A stretch of DNA of 64,000 nucleotides. Origin: Deltaproteobacteria bacterium. GTDB taxonomy: Bacteria > Bdellovibrionota_B > Oligoflexia > Oligoflexales > CAIYRB01. The notes beneath the pieces were generated by a model. The model had not been told where the DNA came from. It made no database searches and saw only the letters and a program-made list of their open reading frames with translations. This document shows, piece after piece, positions 19,279 to 27,940 of this stretch; position 1 is the stretch's first letter; every line of letters starts with the position of its first letter. The stretch covers positions 18,636 through 82,635 of the forward strand of contig VGTI01000008.1 in NCBI GenBank assembly GCA_016874735.1, given 5' to 3'. The translations under genes were made by a program, and so were the position numbers.

Positions 19279-21568
19279 AATTCCCCCTTAACGGGGCGTC
19301 ACGGACGACTTTCATGTGCGTGGAAAAAACATGAATGAGAAGATCTACTTGCTTACTATTGCCGCCAAGTAATTTTATGCCATGCTCATATCCAGCCTCG
19401 GTCTTACGACTCCATCGGACCTCGACCACTAACTGATCCATGTATTTTTGTCGGAGTTTTTGATTAAGAATCTCTACACCCGTATCAATCTCGAGTTCCA
19501 TAATCACTTTTTGGGCAAAATAATGCTCGGAAATGACTCGCATGCCACTTGCGGAAAAATCTAACACCTGAAACTTCGCATGCGGCGCCTTGAGTGTGAT
19601 GACCTGTGTGCTAACAAGCGCATGGCGCGCCTCACGAGGAAAAACCCCAACCTGCGAAAAATACACTGATATGGCAGTCCTTAGATCCTCAGGCCGTGTC
19701 TTTTCCAAGCTAAACTCATAAGCTAGTGCCAGATTTTTTTGGTGTTTCAGGGAAACATTGACCGGAGAAAAAACGTCAGATTCAAGTCCACTTGCAACCA
19801 GTTTTTCGAAGCACATTGCGCTTATCATTACATTAAAAGGACTGCAGGCTTGCTCAAGATTACTGACAAAATTGACGCCATGGCCGACCATGGTAAAGTC
19901 AACGCGAAGGCCTCCACCTAGGTTAGCAAGTAACACTGTATCCGAATGGATGCCTATGCGCACTGGCAGCAACCAATCCTTTTCGTACTGTCCTTGTTTT
20001 TTTATCCGCAGTGCCTCATCTATCAGCATATTTTGAATGGCTACAGCGGCATGAAAGGCATCGCGGGCATGACCGGCACTGCTTTCATTTTTGCCCGTAA
20101 AAAAACAAAGTAATCCGTCACCCAACGAGCGATCGATAACCCCATGGTTGGCGACAATCAGACGCGTCAGTGAATTAAGTCGTCGGGACAGGTCGGCAAA
20201 TATATCAGAAGAAGCATCACGGTCTGCAACTAGCGAGAACGCCATGATATCGATATACATGATCGTGACATCAATTTCGCGACTGCTAATCGGTGCCAGA
20301 TTAAGCTCTGATTCGGTCAACGACTCCGTTAATTTGTTGCTTTCGCCGCGCAGTGACCGAACGATGCCACGATGCTTAAGCTCGAGCTGTCGAATGCGAT
20401 GCGTGGCTGCGGCTGACAGGAAGATGAAACCAAAGATGACGCCAGCATCGGCAAAATAATGGGCAAAATAACTAGCTGGGATGAAGCCTAACCAGGAACC
20501 CATCGAGATCACTACCGCCGGTAGAAATCCGCTCAGAAACATTCTGTAGTAAACCAGACTTCTGATCGGCCAGCGCATGATATCAACTATGGCTGTTGTA
20601 CAAACAGCGACATTAGTTACCGTGACCATCACGATCAGAATCGGCGACGCTCTAAAAATGGGGGCAAGCACAACCTCCAAAGCCGTGAAGGCTATGACAA
20701 ACTTTGCCCACGAGCTGAGATGATGACGGCCGAGGTCTCTAACGACATAACTGTGGTTCAGGAACATCAGTAGAAGTTGAGGGATCAGAATGATCTCCGC
20801 GATGATCAGGACGTGCACCGAAATATCGCGACTGAAATCGGGCCAAATGTAAAAAATCTGGCCACTAAAAAACAGTGGGAAGAATGCGTTGCCAATCTGT
20901 GAGGCTACCAACAACGCGTAGATCAGTTTACGTACGGTGAAGAGTAGGAGTAGGTTGTACATACAAAAGCTTAGATAAATCCCCGCCATAGCAGCGTGGA
21001 CCCAACTCCGAAGGGTCATCAGGGCGCGATGGTTCGCTTCCACGCCTATGAAAAGAGGCGCCACTATTGCCACGTCTGTCTCGAGACGCAGGTACAAAGT
21101 ACGATCTTGAGTGGTACTAGGGAGGAATTTGATGGTAGCAAATGGCGACTCGGTTTGACCCGGACGCTCTAAGCCACCGAAAGCCGACGCAACCACGGCT
21201 TGGGCCTCAACCAAATAAAAATCAACTTTACGGATCAGATGGTAACCAATTTCCGCGATGATTGGCTTTGGATCCGCCTGGGAGCGGACTTGGATCCGGT
21301 ACCAAACAGGCCGCACACTGCCCATAACTCCGAAGTGATGCTTGGCTTCTTTAGCCTCCCACGCCGACTCCGGTTGGTTTTTTATGTCGTCAATCGAGCT
21401 GATGTCCGTGTCTAACGGCCCAACGAAGCGCGCTGCACGGTAGTAAGTACCATCAAAACCGGCCGGATCAGGAGCAACCAGTGCAATGGTCAGAAAAACC
21501 AACGCGGGCGAGATCGCCATCAGTCGGTATGCCCAATCGGGAGGATTTCTGAACCAAGTCCGTATCAC
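19268..21568 (-). CDS. 7TMR-DISM sensor / class III nucleotidyl cyclase / PilZ-like fusion protein (paralog retaining both metal Asp but lacking the transition-state Arg)
   Basis: Same architecture as the downstream paralog. VWYRIQV, 7 TM, MYIDIMAFS...SLGDGLLCFF...RIGIHSDTV...DFTMVGHGVNFVSNLE. C-terminal REARH...DFSASG. The stop overlaps the downstream gene's start by 11 nt. Confidence 0.8.
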   Translation of the reverse strand: MIRTWFRNPPDWAYRLMAISPALVFLTIALVAPDPAGFDGTYYRAARFVGPLDTDISSIDDIKNQPESAWEAKEAKHHFGVMGSVRPVWYRIQVRSQADPKPIIAEIGYHLIRKVDFYLVEAQAVVASAFGGLERPGQTESPFATIKFLPSTTQDRTLYLRLETDVAIVAPLFIGVEANHRALMTLRSWVHAAMAGIYLSFCMYNLLLLFTVRKLIYALLVASQIGNAFFPLFFSGQIFYIWPDFSRDISVHVLIIAEIILIPQLLLMFLNHSYVVRDLGRHHLSSWAKFVIAFTALEVVLAPIFRASPILIVMVTVTNVAVCTTAIVDIMRWPIRSLVYYRMFLSGFLPAVVISMGSWLGFIPASYFAHYFADAGVIFGFIFLSAAATHRIRQLELKHRGIVRSLRGESNKLTESLTESELNLAPISSREIDVTIMYIDIMAFSLVADRDASSDIFADLSRRLNSLTRLIVANHGVIDRSLGDGLLCFFTGKNESSAGHARDAFHAAVAIQNMLIDEALRIKKQGQYEKDWLLPVRIGIHSDTVLLANLGGGLRVDFTMVGHGVNFVSNLEQACSPFNVMISAMCFEKLVASGLESDVFSPVNVSLKHQKNLALAYEFSLEKTRPEDLRTAISVYFSQVGVFPREARHALVSTQVITLKAPHAKFQVLDFSASGMRVISEHYFAQKVIMELEIDTGVEILNQKLRQKYMDQLVVEVRWSRKTEAGYEHGIKLLGGNSKQVDLLIHVFSTHMKVVRDAPLRGNYGT

Positions 21569-21624
21569 GCTGCACTCCTCCTACTCCGTATCGGAGGGGT
21601 GGTCGGCGGAACTTAGGTGGAGAC

Positions 21625-22128
21625 CTAGCCTTGGGAGTTGGCTAATTCATATTTAGCTGCGCTATCTCCGCGAATCTTGTAGGAAATCTTGCCATATTGG
21701 CTGTCCGTCGTACTGATATAGAGCCGCCCCCTGATCCACACTGGACCCCAAGAACGCTTGGGTGCCTGACCACTGCTCATCCGCACCATGACCATTTGAT
21801 TGGGCGGAGGAGGAGGCACATGGATGCAGGCCTGAGGACTAGGTACCAATAGAAATTCTGAAAGCCCCTGATCATCGTCTTCAAGCGGCACGACGAATCC
21901 CGGTACCTTGACCGGTTGACCATCAAGTTTAGCTAAGGCTGCTGGGATCTTTCCCGTCACTAAATCAAGCTCACGCAGCTGCAGCCAGTCGACTTCTTGG
22001 TAGGCATCATCGGCCAGTACTGGCTCTGACTCCGCGCTCAGTATATGCCAAGTCCAGTAGCCAGCTAGCACCAACACCGGAATCACGGCTAGTAAACAAA
22101 GAACCATTTTTTTGCGCAAAGGAATCAT
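21625..22128 (-). CDS. DUF3299-like periplasmic protein (ABC-exporter accessory)
   Basis: N-terminal TM anchor and the characteristic FLLVPSPQACIHVPPPPPNQMVMV block. 4-nt overlap with the upstream permease gene. Confidence 0.7.
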   Translation of the reverse strand: MIPLRKKMVLCLLAVIPVLVLAGYWTWHILSAESEPVLADDAYQEVDWLQLRELDLVTGKIPAALAKLDGQPVKVPGFVVPLEDDDQGLSEFLLVPSPQACIHVPPPPPNQMVMVRMSSGQAPKRSWGPVWIRGRLYISTTDSQYGKISYKIRGDSAAKYELANSQG

Positions 22129-23402
22129 AAGCGAATCACCAGTCCGTCACTTAAACTGTGGCGATAGGCACGCCAGGCGGGAATCGCACCAAGAATGAGT
22201 CCGCACATCATTATGGCGCCAAAATAAAAAATCTCGACGGACGAGAACGATTCAACCGCAAGATGAAACCCGAAATGATTAGCCACAACGGGCTGCATCA
22301 CCCATAGTAAAACCCGCGTGAGTATGATCCCTAGCACTGCGCCAGAACCGACCAGTATCCCAGCTTCAGTGACAAGGAGGCCGAAAATGAGTCCGGGCGT
22401 GGCGCCTAAACTTCGGAGAATAGCCATCTCCCGACGCCTTTCGCTTAAGGAATTGTAAACGGATACCAGCATCCCGGTGAGACCGACTAAGACCACAAAT
22501 ACAGCAACTAGCCTTAGAGCATCCTCGCCGTAAGCTAACCCCTGCCAAAGCTCGTCCAACGCCACACCAGGCATCACTGCCGTGAGTGGCTCAGTTTTGA
22601 AGTCATTCCAAAAACGCTGCATCGTCAAAATATCCATTTTTGATTTAGCACCAACAAAGACGGCCGAAATCTCTTCGATAGCAAAATTCTTTGCCGCCAA
22701 CTCAGACGTCCTTAGTGCTTGATCACGTCGCGGAGGCGCTCCGTCTTCCCAACCATGATGAATGGCCTCGAGTCCCGCTAAAGGTATGAAGATTGTTCGG
22801 TCAACCGGACTACCCGTCGGCTGCAAAATACCGGTCACATGGAACGGATGATCCTCGTGTTTGTGGAAAGAAACCTCACCCACGCCGTGACTGAGCGCTA
22901 GCTTTTCACCAAGTCCGTAATCTAGGCGGCGCGCAACAGCACTGCCAATGACCGCGGCGAAGAGATCGCCACTCCCGGCATCGGCACTAAATCCCCCCGC
23001 GGCAAACTCAAGTTTTTGCTGACGTCGCGTCTGAAAATGTTTGAAAAAATCAGACGTCGTTGCCACAACACGGTAGCTTCGGTGACTGTCCCCCATCGTG
23101 ATCGGCACCGCCCAGGCCGTTTTCGGATCGGCTTGAATCGCTTTAAAAGTAGCAAATTTCATGTTAGCCGTCGGACTGCCGATATGAAAAACAGCATTGA
23201 GCAGCAGCGGCAAAGTGCCCCCGCGCGAGCCCACGATCAAATCAGTCTGACTGATAGCGCCGGTGAAACTTGCATGGGCACCGACGCGAATCCGTTCTAC
23301 AAGCATCAAAAGCGCCGTCGAGAGCCCAATCGACAGGATCGTCAAGCTGGTGACTAGGCGCCGCATGGCCAAGGATTTCCATGCAAGTTTGCACAATATC
23401 AC
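22125..23402 (-). CDS. FtsX/MacB-type ABC transporter permease
   Basis: N-terminal TM, a large periplasmic domain, and a C-terminal FtsX-like 3-TM bundle (RRREMAILRSLGA...). Confidence 0.8.
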   Translation of the reverse strand: MILCKLAWKSLAMRRLVTSLTILSIGLSTALLMLVERIRVGAHASFTGAISQTDLIVGSRGGTLPLLLNAVFHIGSPTANMKFATFKAIQADPKTAWAVPITMGDSHRSYRVVATTSDFFKHFQTRRQQKLEFAAGGFSADAGSGDLFAAVIGSAVARRLDYGLGEKLALSHGVGEVSFHKHEDHPFHVTGILQPTGSPVDRTIFIPLAGLEAIHHGWEDGAPPRRDQALRTSELAAKNFAIEEISAVFVGAKSKMDILTMQRFWNDFKTEPLTAVMPGVALDELWQGLAYGEDALRLVAVFVVLVGLTGMLVSVYNSLSERRREMAILRSLGATPGLIFGLLVTEAGILVGSGAVLGIILTRVLLWVMQPVVANHFGFHLAVESFSSVEIFYFGAIMMCGLILGAIPAWRAYRHSLSDGLVIRL

Positions 23403-24142
23403 GGACGTTGCTCCCTAAAACGCTGCGCTATCCGGTTCAGGGCAGGAAGCGAGCACTTGCGATGAAAATGGCGCCCTAGACTTTGGTCATGGCTGACAAA
23501 AATCACCGTCGCCTGGGAGTCATCGGCAATCGAACTGAGGAGCGCGATAAACTCATCACGGTGATCGACATCTAATGCTGAAGTAGGTTCATCCGCAATG
23601 AGTAGTCGCGGAGCTCCGATAAGAGCGCGGGCAGCTGCTACGCGCTGTTGCTCACCGACACTAAGCTCAGTTACCGACTTATGCAGGAGATGTTTGATAT
23701 CGAGTCGTACTGCTAGTGCCGTGGCAGCTGCAGTGGGCGAGGCTCCTGCAAGATTAGCCTGGCGTGCTCTGCTGATCGTACACGGCAGGATGATATTATC
23801 CATGACATCAAGATAAGGAATCAGATTGAACATCTGAAATATGTAACCGATATGATCGCCGCGAAATAGATCTCTCGATCGCGCACTCATGCCGCCCAGT
23901 GCGACACCATCGACGGCGACTTGGCCACTGTCTGGGCTAATGATGCCAGACAGAAGCCCAAGCAAGGTGGTCTTGCCACTGCCGCTTGGGCCGTGAATAA
24001 AGACTCGCTCGCCCCGACTCACCTTGAAGGCGGGAATATCAAGAATCTCCCGCCCTGCTTTGTAGGAGTACTTAAGCGAGCTGATTTCGATTGCCGGAAT
24101 CGCTTGGTTCAAATGCGCCTCGAAGCTGAGGATTTTGGTCAC
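23399..24142 (-). CDS. ABC transporter ATP-binding protein (LolD/MacB-type)
   Basis: Walker A GPSGSGKTTLL, signature LSVGEQQRV, Walker B LLIADEPTSALD. 4-nt overlap with the permease gene. Confidence 0.9.
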   Translation of the reverse strand: MTKILSFEAHLNQAIPAIEISSLKYSYKAGREILDIPAFKVSRGERVFIHGPSGSGKTTLLGLLSGIISPDSGQVAVDGVALGGMSARSRDLFRGDHIGYIFQMFNLIPYLDVMDNIILPCTISRARQANLAGASPTAAATALAVRLDIKHLLHKSVTELSVGEQQRVAAARALIGAPRLLIADEPTSALDVDHRDEFIALLSSIADDSQATVIFVSHDQSLGRHFHRKCSLPALNRIAQRFREQRP

Positions 24143-24175
24143 CCTAATGGCTAGCCCCGTAGGCCTGTCACTAAT

Positions 24176-24226
24176 GCACAGTCCGAAAAAAATCTACGAA
24201 ATTAGTTTGCTTCGGTACAACTGTGC
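24176..24226. repeat. extended inverted repeat in the fliG-ABC spacer
   Basis: GCACAGT-CCGAA ... TTCGG-(TACA)-ACTGTGC. 12 bp of pairing with a 4-nt bulge and a 23-nt A/T-rich loop. Confidence 0.3.
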
Positions 24227-24237
24227 TCCGCCACAGA

Positions 24238-25233
24238 CTAAACGTAGACTTCGTCCTTACTCATAATGGTAATCTTGCCGTCAGCCGCTAGAGCCTGAGC
24301 TAAATCGGCGAGTTGTTGCTGGGCGGCTTGAACCTCTTGCAGGCGCACTTTAGGTAGAGCTGCGACATCGTCGCGTAGTAATTTTGCGGCACGCTCGGAG
24401 AGGTTCTTATAGATGTGCCGACTGGTAGCGTCGTCTGCCTGTTTCAGGGCCAGGCGCAAAGTCGCCGCGGGCACCTGGGCCAGCAGAGCCTGCATGTCGC
24501 GATCACTGAGGCGGGTTAGATCGGCGAAAGTGAAGAGTTGCCTGCGGAGTTGCGCCGCCATTGTGGGGTCACGCCCCTCTATATCTACGATAAGTTTTTC
24601 AGCCTGAGCCTGTGGCATGACATGCAGCAGCCCAACCAGCTTGGCTGGACCCCCGACCGCGTGTGCGGCGATCTGAGAACGGCTGCGACTCTCCTTCAGA
24701 GCCTCAGCGACAGCTCTTAAACTTGCCAAATCGACATCACCAAGCTTGGCCAACCGATGGACTGCCTCCGTTTGCAGGGCTGGCGGCAGTAAACCGATCG
24801 CTTTGGCTGCCTGCTGGGGTAGACAGTGCGCGAGCACCACAGCCATGGTTTGAGGAGCCTCAGCCTGTAACCATTTGGCCATCGCCTCTGGTGCCATTTC
24901 ACCAACTAGTTCAGCTAACTCCTGAGATGCGACCGCTGCCTCACTCACTAAGGTAGCAGCCTCACGCGACCGCCCGGCTAGCTGCAGAATACGCTGCGCG
25001 GCTTCCGGCGTGCCGGTCAGCTGCGGCCGGTAATTGACTAATGTCTGGTAAAACTCCCCCGACACCATTTGGACGACCGAGCCGTCAACCTGTCCCAGCC
25101 GACTCATGGCTGCCGCGATGCGGCTTACCTCGGCCGGCTGCAGGTGCCCGATAATCTGACTGGCTACGTCCTCCCCTAAACTCAGGAGCAGGATAGCCGC
25201 CTTCTCAGCACTAGACAGTTTGACTTCGGTCAT
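24238..25233 (-). CDS. fliG: flagellar motor switch protein FliG (orphan copy in this window)
   Basis: 331 aa, colinear by eye with E. coli FliG. Matching blocks: AAILLLSLGED, EAPQTMAVVLAH (EHPQ block), LFTFADL, NLSERAAKLLRDD (torque-helix R/DD), KVRLQEV, and C-terminal DEVYV. Confidence 0.85.
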   Translation of the reverse strand: MTEVKLSSAEKAAILLLSLGEDVASQIIGHLQPAEVSRIAAAMSRLGQVDGSVVQMVSGEFYQTLVNYRPQLTGTPEAAQRILQLAGRSREAATLVSEAAVASQELAELVGEMAPEAMAKWLQAEAPQTMAVVLAHCLPQQAAKAIGLLPPALQTEAVHRLAKLGDVDLASLRAVAEALKESRSRSQIAAHAVGGPAKLVGLLHVMPQAQAEKLIVDIEGRDPTMAAQLRRQLFTFADLTRLSDRDMQALLAQVPAATLRLALKQADDATSRHIYKNLSERAAKLLRDDVAALPKVRLQEVQAAQQQLADLAQALAADGKITIMSKDEVYV

Positions 25234-25328
25234 GACCTGCCGCCCCCCCTAAAGGAGGCATCGGCTAAACTCAGATTTCACTTGAGTCAACCAATTGAAT
25301 CAGCGACTTACGCCAAAAGCAGCGAAGT

Positions 25329-25529
25329 TCAGTGACAGCATTTTTTGGATTTTTTACCCGATCCACAGGGACAAGGATCGTTGCGGCCGACCTTGGGTTC
25401 GGCACGCACGTAGGTCTCGACCTGGTGATGGTTGTGATGGTGGTGGCGGCAGCCGGGACCGTGCACATGGTCATCGGGGGAGGCTTCCACAAATTTCACC
25501 GGCTCTGTCGCTTGGTTTTCTGCCGTCAT
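25329..25529 (-). CDS. small His-rich SEC-C-motif metal-binding protein
   Basis: C-terminal [19 protein letters not shown] (SEC-C zinc motif) preceded by [15 protein letters not shown]. Overlapping ORFs in other frames have skewed composition. Confidence 0.6.
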   Translation of the reverse strand: MTAENQATEPVKFVEASPDDHVHGPGCRHHHHNHHQVETYVRAEPKVGRNDPCPCGSGKKSKKCCH

Positions 25530-25643
25530 AACCGTCTAACTCCTGTTGACCTAACATCTATAAAAAACTAGACCTTTTTTGTACCGTACTAGGCCGCAAA
25601 CCTCGAGACGCCGCACGCGCCGTCTCTTGCAAAGGAGTGTGCC

Positions 25644-27212
25644 ATGAATCGAAGTCGACTAGTGACCACAACGACCAAGTGGTTCGTCGCGTTAATCGCC
25701 GCTCATATAGCACTGGTGTCGGGGGCCCATGCAAGTTCAGAAAATGCCGCGTCCCCAACGCATCAAATACCCGGGTCACCCTGGTATGGCGGAAGTCTGA
25801 CCGCGGCACTAGCCGAGGCCAAGGCTAAACATAAACACGTATTACTCTACTGGGGAGCTGTCTGGTGTCCTCCGTGCAATGAACTAAAAAGCCAAGTATT
25901 CAGCCAAGAAAAATTTGCGACGCTCATGCGTCCCATGATTGCCGTTGCCCTCGACGGGGATAGCGAAGAGGCTCAGGCGTGGGGCGAGAAACTTCGTGTG
26001 CAAGGTTATCCCACGGTGTTGCTCTTGGCACCCGATGGTCAGGAGCTGATGCGACTACCCACGGCCGTCAACATGGACGAATTTGAGGCTGCTCTCGTCA
26101 ACGCTCTCAAGCACCCAGGCGGCTTGCAAGCCGCACTCGAACGAGGCCTTGCCGGCACGGCGACGCCAGATGATTGGAAACTGCTCGCCAATGTCCCATG
26201 GCACGAGGAAAGCGACGCTTCGCGTAGCGGTGACCTCATCTCTAAACTCAGGATTCTGGTCATCAACATCCCGCGCGCCCTAACTGAGGAACGAGCAAAG
26301 CTAGTTGCTTTACTACTGACGACTTTGACTGGCACGCATCCGCAAGATGCGGGCGCATCTGAGGCGCCTAAGCTTGCAGCGCAAGAACTGAAGTGGCTAC
26401 TTAGCGATCCGGTTGCAACGATCGCGGCTCGTAGTCTATTCGCCTACTCAACTGATGTTCTGGTTTGGACCTACCCAACTAATGACAGCCACGAGATAGA
26501 TGCCGATCAGCTTTGGCTTAAGGCGGCCACTTTGGTAGCAGGTGCCAAAGAAAGCTCCCTGGACACGCGCCTTTGGGCCAGCGTCGCACCCATGCAAGTA
26601 TACCGCGCGCGGCATCCAGGCGAGAAGATGCCAAGTGAGCTGCGCGCCCTCGTCATGCGTGAAGTGGCACGGAGTGACGAGGCCGCTAAAACGTCCTACG
26701 AAAGAAAAGCCGTGATCACCGGAGCCGCCACCTTGCTGCGGGATATTGGCGATTTAGATGGTGCAAGAGCGCTACTAGCCAATGAACTCAAACACACGGA
26801 TACACCTTGGTACCTCCTAGCATCCGCGGCGCACCTTGAAAAAGCAGCCGGAAATGACACGGCAGCCCTCGCACTGATTGCGAAAGCTCGTAAGGCGGCA
26901 AAAGGCCGCGCGAGCAAACTTCAGTGGACTCAGGCCGACATCACCATGACGGCCAGTATTCAAAATCCCAAGCAACTGGCCCGACTCACGCAACTTGTCA
27001 AAGATTTTTATCGGAACGCAACCACCTTGGAGGATGGATTCCAAGGCCGCAATGCACGCACTGCCGCTAAAGTTGCCAGTGCGATCCAGCCCTTTCTTGG
27101 TCAGCGACCCATCAAAAAGGCCATAGAAAATGCGTCGAAACGGTGCGCCAGACAGAAGCAGCCTGGACCTTGTCGTGACCATTTCTCGGGACTTGGACAG
27201 TTTTTGCAATAG
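25644..27212 (+). CDS. secreted thioredoxin-fold protein with a helical C-terminal domain
   Basis: Signal peptide ...SGAHA. Thioredoxin motif LLYWGAVWCPPCNELK. About 350 aa of Ala/Leu-rich helical repeats. Confidence 0.7.
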   Translation: MNRSRLVTTTTKWFVALIAAHIALVSGAHASSENAASPTHQIPGSPWYGGSLTAALAEAKAKHKHVLLYWGAVWCPPCNELKSQVFSQEKFATLMRPMIAVALDGDSEEAQAWGEKLRVQGYPTVLLLAPDGQELMRLPTAVNMDEFEAALVNALKHPGGLQAALERGLAGTATPDDWKLLANVPWHEESDASRSGDLISKLRILVINIPRALTEERAKLVALLLTTLTGTHPQDAGASEAPKLAAQELKWLLSDPVATIAARSLFAYSTDVLVWTYPTNDSHEIDADQLWLKAATLVAGAKESSLDTRLWASVAPMQVYRARHPGEKMPSELRALVMREVARSDEAAKTSYERKAVITGAATLLRDIGDLDGARALLANELKHTDTPWYLLASAAHLEKAAGNDTAALALIAKARKAAKGRASKLQWTQADITMTASIQNPKQLARLTQLVKDFYRNATTLEDGFQGRNARTAAKVASAIQPFLGQRPIKKAIENASKRCARQKQPGPCRDHFSGLGQFLQ

Positions 27213-27268
27213 GTCTTACCATAGCATTTACCATAGGCATTGAGAGAACTATCAAAGGGGAGACGCTC

Positions 27269-27940
27269 GTGGACTTGATACATACTCTGATCGACTTTGT
27301 CTTACACTTGGACGCCCATCTGACGACTCTCCTCGCTAGTGTTGGTATCTGGTTTTATGTGGTGCTCTTTGCCATCATTTTTGCAGAAACAGGGCTGGTG
27401 GTGATGCCATTTTTACCAGGTGACTCGCTGCTGTTTGCAGTCGGCGCCCTTGCCTCGCTACAGGATTCACCGCTGCAGCTGCCGCTTTTAGCTCTTACCT
27501 GTTTTGTCGCTGCACTTCTTGGCGACCTGACAAACTACACGGTTGGCAAAAATTTTGGTGCCAAGCTCTTCAATAACAATACGGCCAAGATACTCAACCG
27601 CCGCTACCTCGATCAAACAGAGGCTTTTTACCGCAAGCATGGCGGCAAAACGATTATCATTGCGAGATTCGTGCCCATCATAAGAACCTTTGCCCCATTT
27701 GTCGCCGGCGTGGGTCAGATGCGATTTGCCAGGTTCTTATCTTTTAGCCTGATCGGCGCCGGTCTTTGGATCGTGCCATTTCTAAGCTTAGGCTTTATTT
27801 TTGGTAACAACCCCGTGATTAAATCGAATTTTCATTACGTGGTCGTCGCCATTATTTTGCTTTCGGTGACCCCGGCCATGATACAGATTTTAAAGGCTAG
27901 GCGTGCAACACGGCTGGTCACCGAAACAGCTCAGCGATGA
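27269..27940 (+). CDS. DedA/VTT-family membrane protein
   Basis: Motifs ETGLVVMPFLPGDSLLF, IIARFVPIIRTFAPFVAG. GTG start. Confidence 0.8.
   Translation: MDLIHTLIDFVLHLDAHLTTLLASVGIWFYVVLFAIIFAETGLVVMPFLPGDSLLFAVGALASLQDSPLQLPLLALTCFVAALLGDLTNYTVGKNFGAKLFNNNTAKILNRRYLDQTEAFYRKHGGKTIIIARFVPIIRTFAPFVAGVGQMRFARFLSFSLIGAGLWIVPFLSLGFIFGNNPVIKSNFHYVVVAIILLSVTPAMIQILKARRATRLVTETAQR

Noticed and set aside
25258-25265. A sigma28-like -10 box (GCCGATGC on the minus strand) upstream of fliG.
   Set aside because: No TAAAGTTT-like -35 element is present at the required spacing, and the box overlaps the ribosome-binding region only ~25 nt from the ATG. This is probably chance.
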